Positions 1-9,426 of a DNA stretch of 64,000 nt are shown here, piece by piece. The notes under the pieces are model-generated. The model was given only the letters and a program-made list of their open reading frames with translations, was not told the origin of the DNA and ran no database searches. This DNA is from Candidatus Pacearchaeota archaeon (GTDB lineage: Archaea > Nanobdellota > Nanobdellia > Pacearchaeales > GW2011-AR1). Made by a program: the position numbers and the translations under genes. Each line of letters begins with the position of its first letter. The first letter of the stretch is position 1. The stretch lies in the NCBI GenBank assembly GCA_018303825.1, contig JAGVXK010000018.1:5840-69839 (forward strand), given 5' to 3'.

Positions 1-407
1 CTTTGAATTCTAAGAAGACCGCTGCCGATATAGTCCTTGACTTTCCAATTAAAGTGGGACATGTGGTCCATAAGTCTTTCTTCCGGCTCTTCGAAAGACA
101 TGTATAAGCACTTCTTGCCCTGCTTGCATAACCCGTTAACTGCTGCAAGGCAGAATACTGTTTTTCCAGAACCGGCACCACCTTCAACAAGAATGGACAT
201 TCCCATAGGGATGCCATATTCTTTGTCAAATAACTTGTCAAATCCTTCTATTCCAGTATGCAAGAATTCGTCTATTCTTGTATCACCGTTGTGTTTTCTT
301 ATCTTATATTTTAATGGGATAACTTTCTTACCAGTAAACTTGCTTTTTATAAGAGATGCATGTTTTATACCCTCATCCGATTTTGCTTTTTTGGCGCCCT
401 CTTTCAT
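1..407 (-). CDS. KaiC/RadA-like RecA-superfamily ATPase, N-terminal part (gene runs off the window start)
   Basis: Own minus-strand translation from ATG at 407: MKEGAKKAKSDEG...GIEGFDKLFDKEYGIPMGMSILVEGGAGSGKTVFCL. Walker A GGAGSGKT. Absent from the track because no stop lies inside the window. Replaces antisense track ORF 37..450. Confidence 0.6.
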   Translation of the reverse strand, partial: MKEGAKKAKSDEGIKHASLIKSKFTGKKVIPLKYKIRKHNGDTRIDEFLHTGIEGFDKLFDKEYGIPMGMSILVEGGAGSGKTVFCLAAVNGLCKQGKKCLYMSFEEPEERLMDHMSHFNWKVKDYIGSGLLRIQ

Positions 408-430
408 AGTCTTATTTAGATTTTTAGTAT

Positions 431-1102
431 TTAAATATTCTCCCCTATAAGTGTTTTGAATTCACTTGTTTTCTTACCAAGAATGTTGTTTAGCTCTTTT
501 TCTGTCGCATTCACTATGTTTTTTATTGATTTGAATTTTTTTATCAATGCTTTGGCTTTTATCGGACCTACTCCTGGGAAGCCCTCTAAAATAAATTGAA
601 TTTGGTCCCTTTTTGACTTGAATGTTTGGGATTCCCGCAAGGAAGATTCTTTATTCTTTGTTTGTTTGGCTAAAACAAGGAGGTATTTAGCCGTATCCTG
701 CTCATTTTTTGTGAATATAATTGGAATTTGATATTCTAATGCTATTGAAAGCAAGAAACCACGAAATGCATTTTCATGGATAAATACCGGAGAATACTCT
801 ATATCTCCTTCTACTATCAATAGGTTTTGCCTGTATTGCTTTAGATCTTTTAATTGTGAGAAAATGCGCTTATTTATTATTGAGCTTTGCAAATCATTTA
901 TTGTCTTCCTTTCAACTGCAACGTCATTAACAAGGTAGTCTGCTATCTGAAGTTGTTTTAACTCTATTTCAGTTCCTAGGTTAATTAGTTCTGAAATTAC
1001 TAGAGAATTCTTTTCTCGATTATCTATGATTATCTTTGCTTTTTTATTTTCTTCGCTGTTCTTTTTTTCTTGTTTTTTCGAGAAGATATTGAAGAAGGTC
1101 AT
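431..1102 (-). CDS. XPF/Hef-type ERCC4 nuclease with C-terminal HhH2
   Basis: ERCC4 signature ADYLVNDVAVERKTINDL (ERKxxxD). C-terminal helix-hairpin-helix FPGVGPIKAKALIKKF. Confidence 0.8.
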   Translation of the reverse strand: MTFFNIFSKKQEKKNSEENKKAKIIIDNREKNSLVISELINLGTEIELKQLQIADYLVNDVAVERKTINDLQSSIINKRIFSQLKDLKQYRQNLLIVEGDIEYSPVFIHENAFRGFLLSIALEYQIPIIFTKNEQDTAKYLLVLAKQTKNKESSLRESQTFKSKRDQIQFILEGFPGVGPIKAKALIKKFKSIKNIVNATEKELNNILGKKTSEFKTLIGENI

Positions 1103-1103
1103 T

Positions 1104-2657
1104 TTATTTGAATTTATCCAAAGTGGGATTTTTGGATTTTAATTTGAGATTTTTCCTTACCTCTTCTATAGTTTTATACATCTTTTTTTCTCTTGCATTT
1201 GAAGCATAATGATGTATTTCATCTCTGCTGTCTTGAGTTACTAGAATAATCAGTTTTCCCGGCATTAATCTCGCAGTACGTCCGGCACGCTGGATTTTTC
1301 TGATAGCACTTGGAATTGGCTCATAGAATATAACGGCGGAAACTTCCGGGATATCAAGACCCTCTTCCCCAATTGATGTAGCTACAAGGACATTTAGCTC
1401 GTCATTTTTGAATTTATCTATAATTGCTTTTTGTTCTTTTTGATTTAAGCCTGTTGATATTCCCCTGCTTAGTTTCTTGGCTTGACCTATAAAGATGGAG
1501 GATTTAATTTTTGGATTTTGGTTCAGAAGATTAGAAATAGTTTGTCCGGTTTCCCTGAAATGGGCGAAGACAATTATCTTAGAGTTTTCATTATCCTTGA
1601 ATTCTTGTTCTACTAACTCTTTTAACTTGCTTAACTTTGGGTGTTCTATTTTGTTGGCTAAAAGATGCTGCAGCGAGATTCTTGCTGCGTTAAATTCTGG
1701 AAGAGAAACCAGGGTTTGAACAGCTCTGCTCTTCTTTTCATTTGAGTCTTGAATCATTTTGTTTAAATAATCATTTAATCCTGAAAGGGTTTGTGTTTCT
1801 AAAAGTTCTTGGGCATGTGAAATTTTAATTGCCTGAGCGCAAAGAGAAAGGCCGTGCATTGCTTGCCAGTTTTTTTGTGAGACCTGCATTCCCAGCCTGG
1901 TTTGAAGTTTAAGAAGGGCGATTTTATTTGCCGGACCGAAAAGGATGTTTTTCGTTCTTAATATCTCTACTCTTGAATCAAAGATTCTTTTTAATAGAAT
2001 GCGGATTTCCTGAAATTCAGGAGGAAAAGGAACATCTATTTTATCGAATTCACGCTCTTTAAGATATGGCTTTACATCTTCAGAATCCCTTGTTCTTAGT
2101 TCTATTTCGTTGATATTGAGGTGTTTGCAGATTTCTTCTACCTTCTTAGGGTCGTGACCCGGAGAAGCTGTAAGACCAAGAATTAATGGATGATGCGATT
2201 GTTCTTTGTAATTTTTGACAGCTTTTGTGTAATCATAATTTTTCAAGCAACGATGGGCTTCATCTATTATTAATAATGAGACTTCTTTCAAGTCATAAAG
2301 GTGATTATCTAGGTCGTTAGCAATACATTGGGGAGTTGAAAAGACAATTTCAGCTGTTTGAAAGAGTTTTTTTCTTTTTTCAGCAGGAACAGTTCCTGTG
2401 AAGAGGTCTAGCTGAGCATATAATTCTGGAAGTTGAGCTTTGTATGTTTCAAAGTGCTGTTCTACAAGGGGCTTGGTTGGGGCTAGGAAAAGGACCTTGC
2501 TTGTGGGATATTTTTTTATTCTTTCTATTGATAAAAGCAAGGCAATGAGGGTTTTTCCCAATCCTGTGGGAAGAACAACAAGGGTATTGCTATTTTTTGC
2601 GGTTTCAAGAATAGCTTTTTGATAGTCTCTAGGATTTAAGTTTATTATATTAGGCAT
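1104..2657 (-). CDS. hef: Hef/FANCM-like SF2 helicase (helicase half only)
   Basis: Motifs PTGLGKT (I), IIDEAH (II), LTASPG (III), QRAGRTAR (VI). Directly upstream of the ERCC4 nuclease gene. Confidence 0.8.
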   Translation of the reverse strand: MPNIINLNPRDYQKAILETAKNSNTLVVLPTGLGKTLIALLLSIERIKKYPTSKVLFLAPTKPLVEQHFETYKAQLPELYAQLDLFTGTVPAEKRKKLFQTAEIVFSTPQCIANDLDNHLYDLKEVSLLIIDEAHRCLKNYDYTKAVKNYKEQSHHPLILGLTASPGHDPKKVEEICKHLNINEIELRTRDSEDVKPYLKEREFDKIDVPFPPEFQEIRILLKRIFDSRVEILRTKNILFGPANKIALLKLQTRLGMQVSQKNWQAMHGLSLCAQAIKISHAQELLETQTLSGLNDYLNKMIQDSNEKKSRAVQTLVSLPEFNAARISLQHLLANKIEHPKLSKLKELVEQEFKDNENSKIIVFAHFRETGQTISNLLNQNPKIKSSIFIGQAKKLSRGISTGLNQKEQKAIIDKFKNDELNVLVATSIGEEGLDIPEVSAVIFYEPIPSAIRKIQRAGRTARLMPGKLIILVTQDSRDEIHHYASNAREKKMYKTIEEVRKNLKLKSKNPTLDKFK

Positions 2658-2808
2658 TAATTGTACTAATTTTTCGCATTTATAATAATTGTTGATTATT
2701 TATCAATGACATAATTACCTTTGAATACTTATTAATTTGCGCATTAACAATAGAATTAATTATTGTCTATCAAATGTTTGGCTATTTTGGTTGTTGGTTA
2801 ATACATGC

Positions 2809-3447
2809 TTAGGGAAGAACGAGGGCATAAACTGTGAAAATCAAAGTTATAATTCCAAGCGCGGAATAAAGAATTTTAGAACCGAAAAATATTTGTGTGC
2901 CATCAAGCTTTGAAATGGGAAGCATATTCCAGAAGGCATAGTATGCAGAGAATCTCCATAAAACATCGTCTGGGGAGATAAAGTATGTTACCAATGATAA
3001 TAATAACAGCGCAACTATTCCTGAAGCACCTATTAATCCATTATGCCAGTCTGTCATTTCTGTAAAAGAATAAAATCCGAATCTTTTTGCTGCCCTGATT
3101 TTTCTTGCTCTTGTTTCGTAGGTTAAAAGAGACATGAATTTTACGAATCCTAGGGAGAATAAGCTTAAAATTACTGAAAGTATAATCCCTAAAGGAATTT
3201 CCGTTTTAAAATGTTGGTGTGGTTTTAATCCATATCTAGACCACTTCCAAGTTTCATGCTCTATGTCTGCATCCAGAGAAAAAGCAATAATCTTTTTGGC
3301 AAGAATATTTATTCCAATTATTAATAGGGCGAAAAAAAGGAACTTTGGAAAAAGTGCAAGATTTATTTTTAATGGATAAACAAGAGAGATAATTAGTCCA
3401 AGAATTATTATCGCGGCGATAACATCTCTAACCTCTTTATATTCCAT
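2809..3447 (-). CDS. Polytopic membrane protein, site-2-protease (M50)-like C-terminus, no HExxH seen
   Basis: Several hydrophobic helices. NMLPISKLDGTQIF resembles the NxxPxxxLDG motif of M50 proteases. I could not find the HExxH zinc site. Confidence 0.35.
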   Translation of the reverse strand: MEYKEVRDVIAAIIILGLIISLVYPLKINLALFPKFLFFALLIIGINILAKKIIAFSLDADIEHETWKWSRYGLKPHQHFKTEIPLGIILSVILSLFSLGFVKFMSLLTYETRARKIRAAKRFGFYSFTEMTDWHNGLIGASGIVALLLLSLVTYFISPDDVLWRFSAYYAFWNMLPISKLDGTQIFFGSKILYSALGIITLIFTVYALVLP

Positions 3448-3591
3448 GATAATTTATGGAAAAGGCTTTATATAAATATTATTCTTCGGTGGAATATAGC
3501 TAAAATGTGCCTTTTTGCGATAGACCTCAATATATTATTATATATTTTCAAAAAACATAAAGTATAAAAAGGGGACATTATAGAAAAATGT

Positions 3592-3897
3592 ATGTTAAAG
3601 ATAAAAAAGATTAGCGAGGTTTTGGGAAAGCAAGTTTACACAAGCGAGGGCGATTTTCTTGGTGTTGTCGAAGAAGTCAATTTAGTTGATAACAAAATCG
3701 ATGGATGGAGAATTAGAGTTGGATCTGGATTCATGGGAAGCATAGGCGGGGCAAGAGGAGTTATAATTCCCCATCAATTTGTTAAGTCTATAGGAGATGT
3801 TTTTGTGGTTAATTCTGCTGCCTTTAGGGGCGTTGGAGTGAAAGATGAAATGCCCGTGGATGTTTCCTCTTCCAGCGATACAGACGATTTGATTTAA
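3592..3897 (+). CDS. PRC-barrel domain protein
   Basis: KKISEVLGKQVYTSEGDFLGVVEEVNLVDNKIDGWRI matches the PRC-barrel pattern from memory. Acidic, Ser-rich tail. Confidence 0.55.
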   Translation: MLKIKKISEVLGKQVYTSEGDFLGVVEEVNLVDNKIDGWRIRVGSGFMGSIGGARGVIIPHQFVKSIGDVFVVNSAAFRGVGVKDEMPVDVSSSSDTDDLI

Positions 3898-4149
3898 GAT
3901 TTTTTATTATAATTTCTATAAGGCAATAAGTTAATTTATAACGCTATTATTTTTTGTTGCAATGGGATTGCTTAATCAGGATAGTGTCAATAAAATATGA
4001 GAGGTTTAAATAAGCCTTTATAAGGGCTTTTGGGAAGTGCTATCGCATGTATTGTTGCGTCTTAGGGTGTTATCAACAATAAGAAGAAATTTAAACTATA
4101 AACGTGGAAAGGAAAACTATAAAATTGGTTGATTCTTATAAAATCTAAC

Positions 4150-4788
4150 ATGGAATATATTAAACCTGAATTTGAAAAAGAAGATTTCCATTGTCCTTTT
4201 TGTGGAGTTCATACTCACCAAATTTGGGGAGATATTTTAGAAAATGCGAGTATTGACGGTAGTGGTTGGCACCACATGCCTAATTTTAAAGGCGCCTTGT
4301 GCAATAAGTGTAAAGAAATCTCTATCTGGAAGAGCGGTAAATTAATTTACCCAGACAATCCAAACATATCTCCGCCAAATGAAGACTTAGAAGAAGATAT
4401 AAAGTTAGATTATAATGAAGCTGCGAGCATTGTTGAAAAATCTCCAAGAGCCGCAGCAGCTCTATTAAGATTGGCTATAGAAAAGTTATGCAAACAACAG
4501 CTTGGAGAAAAAGGAAAAGACCTTGATGAGTGTATAGGCAGTCTAGTAAAAAAAGGTTTGCCTGTAAAGATTAAAGAAGCATTAGATGTTGTAAGAGTAA
4601 TAGGAAACGAATCTGTTCATCCAGGAGAAATTAATCTTAATGATAATAAAGATGTGGCACATAAACTATTTGAGTTAGTTAATATTATTGCACAAGACAG
4701 GATAACACAACCAAAAGAAGTTTCAAAGTTATATAATTCATTGCCTCAGGATAAACTTGATGGGATTAATAATAGAGATAAAAAGTAA
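4150..4788 (+). CDS. Zn-ribbon + DUF4145-like protein
   Basis: CPFCGV...CNKCKE zinc ribbon. C-terminal SPRAAAALLRLAIEKL...VIGNESVHPGE resembles DUF4145. ATG at 4150 preferred over the TTG at 4129. Confidence 0.5.
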   Translation: MEYIKPEFEKEDFHCPFCGVHTHQIWGDILENASIDGSGWHHMPNFKGALCNKCKEISIWKSGKLIYPDNPNISPPNEDLEEDIKLDYNEAASIVEKSPRAAAALLRLAIEKLCKQQLGEKGKDLDECIGSLVKKGLPVKIKEALDVVRVIGNESVHPGEINLNDNKDVAHKLFELVNIIAQDRITQPKEVSKLYNSLPQDKLDGINNRDKK

Positions 4789-4798
4789 TTTATCATTC

Positions 4799-5677
4799 TT
4801 AAAGTTTAGACAATCTAATTAATCCAATCCATTTATTTACTCCTAAATCTAAGAACGGAATGGCTTCTTCTTGAGGAGTTTTATTATCTATTTCCTGATG
4901 TTTTCTAACATAGTTATAGTAGATTTCCATACCCTTCATTATCATCTTGGCAGAATATAAAGAACCATGAAAGCCACGCATTATTTTAGTTCTATCTCTT
5001 ATCGTGTTGTGCAACCTTTCTATCTTGTGGTTAAATCCTCTTTCGTCTGCTTTCACTCTGTTATGAATAGGCCTTTCTCCATTTTTGAATTTATTATTAA
5101 CTCCAAAAGAATATCGTAATGCTTTAGGATAAGAAAGTAAACAATCTGTTGTGATAACCTTTACAGGTTTAGTTATTATCTTTCTTCTATGCTTCAGTAT
5201 TCTTGTTATATCATCTAAAGTTCTGCTTTGAATAAATTCAGAACTTACAATAAATCTTGTAGAAGTGTCCATTACATCAACAAACCAATTTTGCCTTCCA
5301 AGACGCTTATACTCCATTTCATCACTCATTAACTCTTGTCCATTCTCAACTTGTAAGTTATCAGTTAATCTGCTCATCATTTGAGAATACTTTACAAGCC
5401 ATCTGTAAATAGTAGAATAATGACAGTTCTTAGGATAGAACATTTTAAGATGTGCCTGTATTTTTCTTAAAGACATTCCAGAATAATACATGTCTATTGA
5501 AGCTGTAACCTTATGCTCTGTGTTTTTCATCTTCCAGAAACCATCATCTATAGAAAATCTATTCTTGCAATTAGCGCACTTATATCTTTGAACATTACCT
5601 CTGTTTTTTGTTTCTCTAACTCCATCTTTCTTAATGCTTTTTCCGTTACATTTTTGGCAGATTATTTCTTGTCTCAT
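4799..5677 (-). CDS. DDE transposase, IS6/IS1-like, with N-terminal zinc ribbon
   Basis: CQKCNG...YKCANCKN zinc ribbon. DDE-like spacing SDEMEY / ITTDCLLSY / NHKIERLHNTIRDR. C-terminal YYNYVRKHQEIDNKTP. No terminal inverted repeats found. Confidence 0.55.
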   Translation of the reverse strand: MRQEIICQKCNGKSIKKDGVRETKNRGNVQRYKCANCKNRFSIDDGFWKMKNTEHKVTASIDMYYSGMSLRKIQAHLKMFYPKNCHYSTIYRWLVKYSQMMSRLTDNLQVENGQELMSDEMEYKRLGRQNWFVDVMDTSTRFIVSSEFIQSRTLDDITRILKHRRKIITKPVKVITTDCLLSYPKALRYSFGVNNKFKNGERPIHNRVKADERGFNHKIERLHNTIRDRTKIMRGFHGSLYSAKMIMKGMEIYYNYVRKHQEIDNKTPQEEAIPFLDLGVNKWIGLIRLSKL

Positions 5678-5794
5678 CTTATTATTACTCTTATAAGTTA
5701 TACTTAACTAAGTAAGTAGAAGTGTATAAACCTTTCGGTAGTAGAGTATAACCTAAATCGGTAAGTTTAAATACTTTAATAATATTAATTAATC

Positions 5795-5947
5795 ATGGCG
5801 GAAATAACCATACAAATAAAGGGGTATAAATGCGAGAGGTGTGAGCATGAGTGGGTTCCGAGAGCAAAAGAGTATCCTACTATCTGCCCCTCTTGTAAAT
5901 CTCCCTATTGGGATAAATTAAGAAGAAACGAGAGAGGTAAACAATGA
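5795..5947 (+). CDS. Small C4 zinc-ribbon protein, translationally coupled to the methyltransferase
   Basis: Own translation, 50 aa: MAEITIQIKGYKCERCEHEWVPRAKEYPTICPSCKSPYWDKLRRNERGKQ. Its stop overlaps the MTase ATG (ATGA at 5944-5947). Below the track size cutoff. Confidence 0.5.
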   Translation: MAEITIQIKGYKCERCEHEWVPRAKEYPTICPSCKSPYWDKLRRNERGKQ

Positions 5948-6840
5948 CAAACGGAACACAAACAAGCGATTTCGGAGTTTCGGCAAGAATAAATCATGAT
6001 TCATCAAAATTTTATAATTCAAAGATGTATCAGAAAATAAATGGAAACAGTAATGGACAAAAAGAACACTTTGAAGAGGAAAAACAAATTTTGCAACAAT
6101 TTTTAAATAAAATAATTTGTTCCTCAAGTGAAAATATGAAAGAATTACCCGATAACTCCGTTCATTTAATGATTACTTCTCCACCGTACAATGTAGGTAA
6201 AGAATATGACAAAGATTTAAGTTTAGAAGAATATCTAACTCTTCTAAGAAATGTTTTCAAAGATGTAAAGAGAGTTTTAGTAACTGGCGGTAGAGTTTGT
6301 ATTAATGTTGCCAATTTAGGAAGGAAACCTTATCTACCGCTTCATTCAGCAATTATTCAAATAATGACTGAATTAGGATTTTTAATGAGGGGAGAAATTA
6401 TATGGAACAAGTCTGCGAGCGCTGGAACTTCAACAGCATGGGGAAGTTGGAAAAGTGCTAAAAATCCTACTCTTAGAGATGTTCATGAATATATCTTAGT
6501 TTTTTCCAAAGATAACTACTCAAGGCCAAATAAAAAGAAAGATAGTATTAGTAAAGAAGAATTTATGGAATTCACTAAAAGTATCTGGACTTTTCCAGCT
6601 ACATCTGCAAGAAAAATTGGGCATCCTGCACCATTTCCCGAAGAATTACCAAGAAGATTAATAGAACTCTATTCATTCGAAGGCGATGTTATTCTTGACC
6701 CCTTTATTGGAAGTGGACAAACGGCAATAGCTTCTATAAAAACAAAAAGAAACTACGTTGGTTACGATATTGATAAGTCCTATTGTGAGCTAGCGGAAAA
6801 GAGAATAAAGGAAATAATAGAACAAACAAAATTAAGTTAG
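5944..6840 (+). CDS. Beta-class DNA amino-methyltransferase (N4-cytosine or N6-adenine)
   Basis: Motif IV MITSPPYN precedes motif I DPFIGSGQT. This order is typical of the N4/N6 MTase family (PF01555-like). Confidence 0.85.
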   Translation: MTNGTQTSDFGVSARINHDSSKFYNSKMYQKINGNSNGQKEHFEEEKQILQQFLNKIICSSSENMKELPDNSVHLMITSPPYNVGKEYDKDLSLEEYLTLLRNVFKDVKRVLVTGGRVCINVANLGRKPYLPLHSAIIQIMTELGFLMRGEIIWNKSASAGTSTAWGSWKSAKNPTLRDVHEYILVFSKDNYSRPNKKKDSISKEEFMEFTKSIWTFPATSARKIGHPAPFPEELPRRLIELYSFEGDVILDPFIGSGQTAIASIKTKRNYVGYDIDKSYCELAEKRIKEIIEQTKLS

Positions 6841-6843
6841 AAA

Positions 6844-7476
6844 CTATTCTTTCCAGAAATCAATCCATCTTTTATAAACATTATAAGGAATATCTTGTTT
6901 AATCCAATTTATTTTTATCTTTAATGTTTTATGATGCTGTAACATCTTTTGTATGGATTCTTTGCTAAATTCAACACCTCTTGGATTTGTTCCTGCCTTT
7001 GGCATTTTAAGATATTTTTCTTTGCCTAATGAGTTAAATATCTCTTTTTGTACATTCAATGGGATAAAAAATAAGCTGTCTTTATTTTCTCCCCACCAAA
7101 TTCTAATTAAGAGAATATCACATTTTGGAATATAGTTATCTATAAAATTCTTAGAACTTTCTGCATCAACCGTCCAAACAGCCTTAACTCCACCGTTTCC
7201 AGTTATAGTTTTTACAGACAAATTTTTACCAGCAACTATAACATCTGTTTCTGACTCAGTTATAGGTATTTCAGTATTAACATTTGCCTCACCAAACTTA
7301 TAGATTAATAACCCTCCAATTACTTTCTCTCTTAAAGAACCAACTTCCATACCTATCTTTCCAGCCCTAGAACTTTCAATTTCTGCGATTCTAAATAATC
7401 TGGGAAGTTTAGCTTGAATTTCAGAAACAGCAGTATTGTCTATAAATAACTCTTTAATATCTACAATTTTATTCAT
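6844..7476 (-). CDS. Probable type II restriction endonuclease, cognate of the adjacent MTase
   Basis: Convergent with the MTase, stops 3 nt apart. PD-(D/E)XK-like ESETD-x8-SVK. No family recognised. Confidence 0.45.
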   Translation of the reverse strand: MNKIVDIKELFIDNTAVSEIQAKLPRLFRIAEIESSRAGKIGMEVGSLREKVIGGLLIYKFGEANVNTEIPITESETDVIVAGKNLSVKTITGNGGVKAVWTVDAESSKNFIDNYIPKCDILLIRIWWGENKDSLFFIPLNVQKEIFNSLGKEKYLKMPKAGTNPRGVEFSKESIQKMLQHHKTLKIKINWIKQDIPYNVYKRWIDFWKE

Positions 7477-7546
7477 CCCAAAAACAAGAATAACTACTTT
7501 TTAATCCTTTTCAAAACACCCGAAGATGCAACAATACAGCTATCGC

Positions 7547-7560
7547 AAAAGGTTTAAATA
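7547..7560 (+). promoter_or_regulatory. BRE/TATA-like box AAAAGGTTTAAATA
   Basis: About 27 nt upstream of the ATG at 7582. Same motif recurs upstream of other genes (9393, 21149, 43749, 56481). Confidence 0.5.
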
Positions 7561-7581
7561 ATATGGAGTTTGAAGGAAGAT

Positions 7582-8088
7582 ATGGCTACATTATTACAAA
7601 GTCCTTTTTTTGTTGAGATGGTATTGCCTTTCTTGCTTGTGTTCACAATTGTCTTTGCAGTACTGCAGAAGTCTGAAATTCTCGGAAAGGGGAAGAAGCA
7701 GATAGACGCACTTGTTGCTCTTGCAATTGGCTTGATACTTGTTGCTTTTGGCAATTACGCCCAGATAATAGCGCAAATGAGCGCCTTTCTAGGTGTCGCA
7801 TTGGTCATCATATTAGTGTTCCTTCTTTTGACTGGAATATTCTATGAGCCCGGAAAATTCGAATTGCATAAAGGAGTTAAATATACTGGAATGGGTCTTG
7901 CTGCCTTAGCAGTAATTATAGCTGTTCTGTATTATACAAATAGCTTGGGATTTATAATTGATGCATTTAAAGGGGAAGGAAGCACATTATTAGTTAATGT
8001 GATATTTGTTGTCATAATCGTTGCGGCTGTTGCTGCCCTTATATGGGGTGGCGGAAAAGCCGAGGGTGGCAGCGGTGAGAAGAAGTAA
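7582..8088 (+). CDS. Membrane protein, paralog A of a tandem triplet
   Basis: N-terminal VLPFLLVFTIVFAVLQKSEILGKGKK shared with the next two ORFs. Multiple TM helices. Gly-rich tail. Confidence 0.55.
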   Translation: MATLLQSPFFVEMVLPFLLVFTIVFAVLQKSEILGKGKKQIDALVALAIGLILVAFGNYAQIIAQMSAFLGVALVIILVFLLLTGIFYEPGKFELHKGVKYTGMGLAALAVIIAVLYYTNSLGFIIDAFKGEGSTLLVNVIFVVIIVAAVAALIWGGGKAEGGSGEKK

Positions 8089-8199
8089 TTAACTTGGTTA
8101 TTCTGATAAATTCTGTTTTTTAATTGATTTATGGATTATTTTATTTATTGGTAAATATATTGACAAAATTATAGAAACATATTTAAATAAGGTTTTTAT

Positions 8200-8742
8200 A
8201 TGAATGATATGGCGATTACCAGCGTAGTAGATTTGCTCAATCAATGGGATAGAGTAGGGGCAGATTATGTTCTTACATTTTTGCTTGTTTTTGCAGTTGT
8301 TTTTGGCATTCTTACTGCGACAAATATTCTTGGGAAGAATAAGGGAGTTCATGTAATAATTGCTATGGTTATCGGCTTGATGTCCTTGAAGTTTGGAATG
8401 GCCACTGCCTTCTTTTCAGAAGTGTTTCCAAGAACGGCAGTTGCGATAGCAGTTATATTGGTAATTGTTATTTTGACTGCAGTTTTTGTTCCTAAAGAGC
8501 ATTGGGGAGGGTGGGCGATAGGGCTTTATTCCCTTGGAGGAGTTGCATTTATTTTTGTAATGTTTAATTCATTTTCAGCCTTAAGCTGGTTTGGTTCTAA
8601 CTGGTGGGGGGATTGGGGAGGGCTTCTGATTGGTGCCCTATTGATAATTGGGGTTATTATTGCAGTTGCAGTTTCTGGGAATGAGAGCAATCCGAATGTG
8701 ACGCCAAAGACTCCTTCCTTTGGTCCGCATTATGGCAGTTAA
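8200..8742 (+). CDS. Membrane protein, paralog B
   Basis: YVLTFLLVFAVVFGILTATNILGKNKG aligns with paralog A. Trp/Gly-rich segment WFGSNWWGDWGG. Start codon uncertain because a TATA-like box abuts 8200. Confidence 0.5.
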   Translation: MNDMAITSVVDLLNQWDRVGADYVLTFLLVFAVVFGILTATNILGKNKGVHVIIAMVIGLMSLKFGMATAFFSEVFPRTAVAIAVILVIVILTAVFVPKEHWGGWAIGLYSLGGVAFIFVMFNSFSALSWFGSNWWGDWGGLLIGALLIIGVIIAVAVSGNESNPNVTPKTPSFGPHYGS

Positions 8743-8749
8743 TTGAAAA

Positions 8750-9268
8750 ATGGTACAGGCAGATTTATCTTCAGTTGAATACATACTTCCTTTGCTTAGT
8801 TTTTTGCTTGTTTTTCTCGTCTGCTTGTTTTTGATTAAAAAAGCCAAGATGATAGAAAATTTATGGGTGGAAATTTTTGTTTCTTTCGCAATTGCTGCAA
8901 TATTTGTTGCCGCTGCAGGACCGAGGAATTTAATTTTGACTGTTATTCCCTGGTTTGCAATTTTAGTGATTGGGCTTTTTCTGGTGATGGCTATTGGCGG
9001 ATTTATAGGGCAGAAAGATTTTCCCAGCAAGGGAATTGGAATAGCTTTCATTGTTCTTTTGGCTATTATATTTATCATAGCAGCATTATTCGTCTTTTCT
9101 AAATACATAGGACCATATATTCCCGGGAATACTGGTCTTTCGGGAAATCCTGGAAATCCTGCCTTGCTTGGGTTTTTCGGCTGGCTTTATTCTCCTGCAG
9201 TAATTGGGGCCATTCTTCTTATTGGAGTTAGCGCAGCTGCTGCCTGGGTTGTTACAAAGAAAGGTTAA
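8750..9268 (+). CDS. Membrane protein, paralog C
   Basis: YILPLLSFLLVFLVCLFLIKKAK aligns with A and B. Polytopic. Confidence 0.5.
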   Translation: MVQADLSSVEYILPLLSFLLVFLVCLFLIKKAKMIENLWVEIFVSFAIAAIFVAAAGPRNLILTVIPWFAILVIGLFLVMAIGGFIGQKDFPSKGIGIAFIVLLAIIFIIAALFVFSKYIGPYIPGNTGLSGNPGNPALLGFFGWLYSPAVIGAILLIGVSAAAAWVVTKKG

Positions 9269-9426
9269 ACCTTTCTTGTTTTCTTTATTAATTTTTAAAA
9301 ATATATTTTGAATATGTTGATGTTTGTGCATCGAGGTTACATAGATAATTAATGGTTTGGGTGAAGAAACGATTAGATATATTTATACAGATAAAGGTTT
9401 AAATTGATAAATAGTTAAAACATTAT

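Noticed and set aside
37-450. Track ORF of 137 aa on the plus strand
   Set aside because: Low-complexity, family-less translation lying antisense to a well-formed KaiC-like ATPase (Walker A) on the minus strand, which explains the open frame.
4760-5800. Terminal inverted repeats for the first transposase (4799..5677)
   Set aside because: The only similarity found (GATTAAT...AAAGTA...TTTA) is AT-rich and low-complexity, and would swallow parts of neighbouring genes. No GGTTCTGT-type ends or target duplication were found, so only the CDS is reported.
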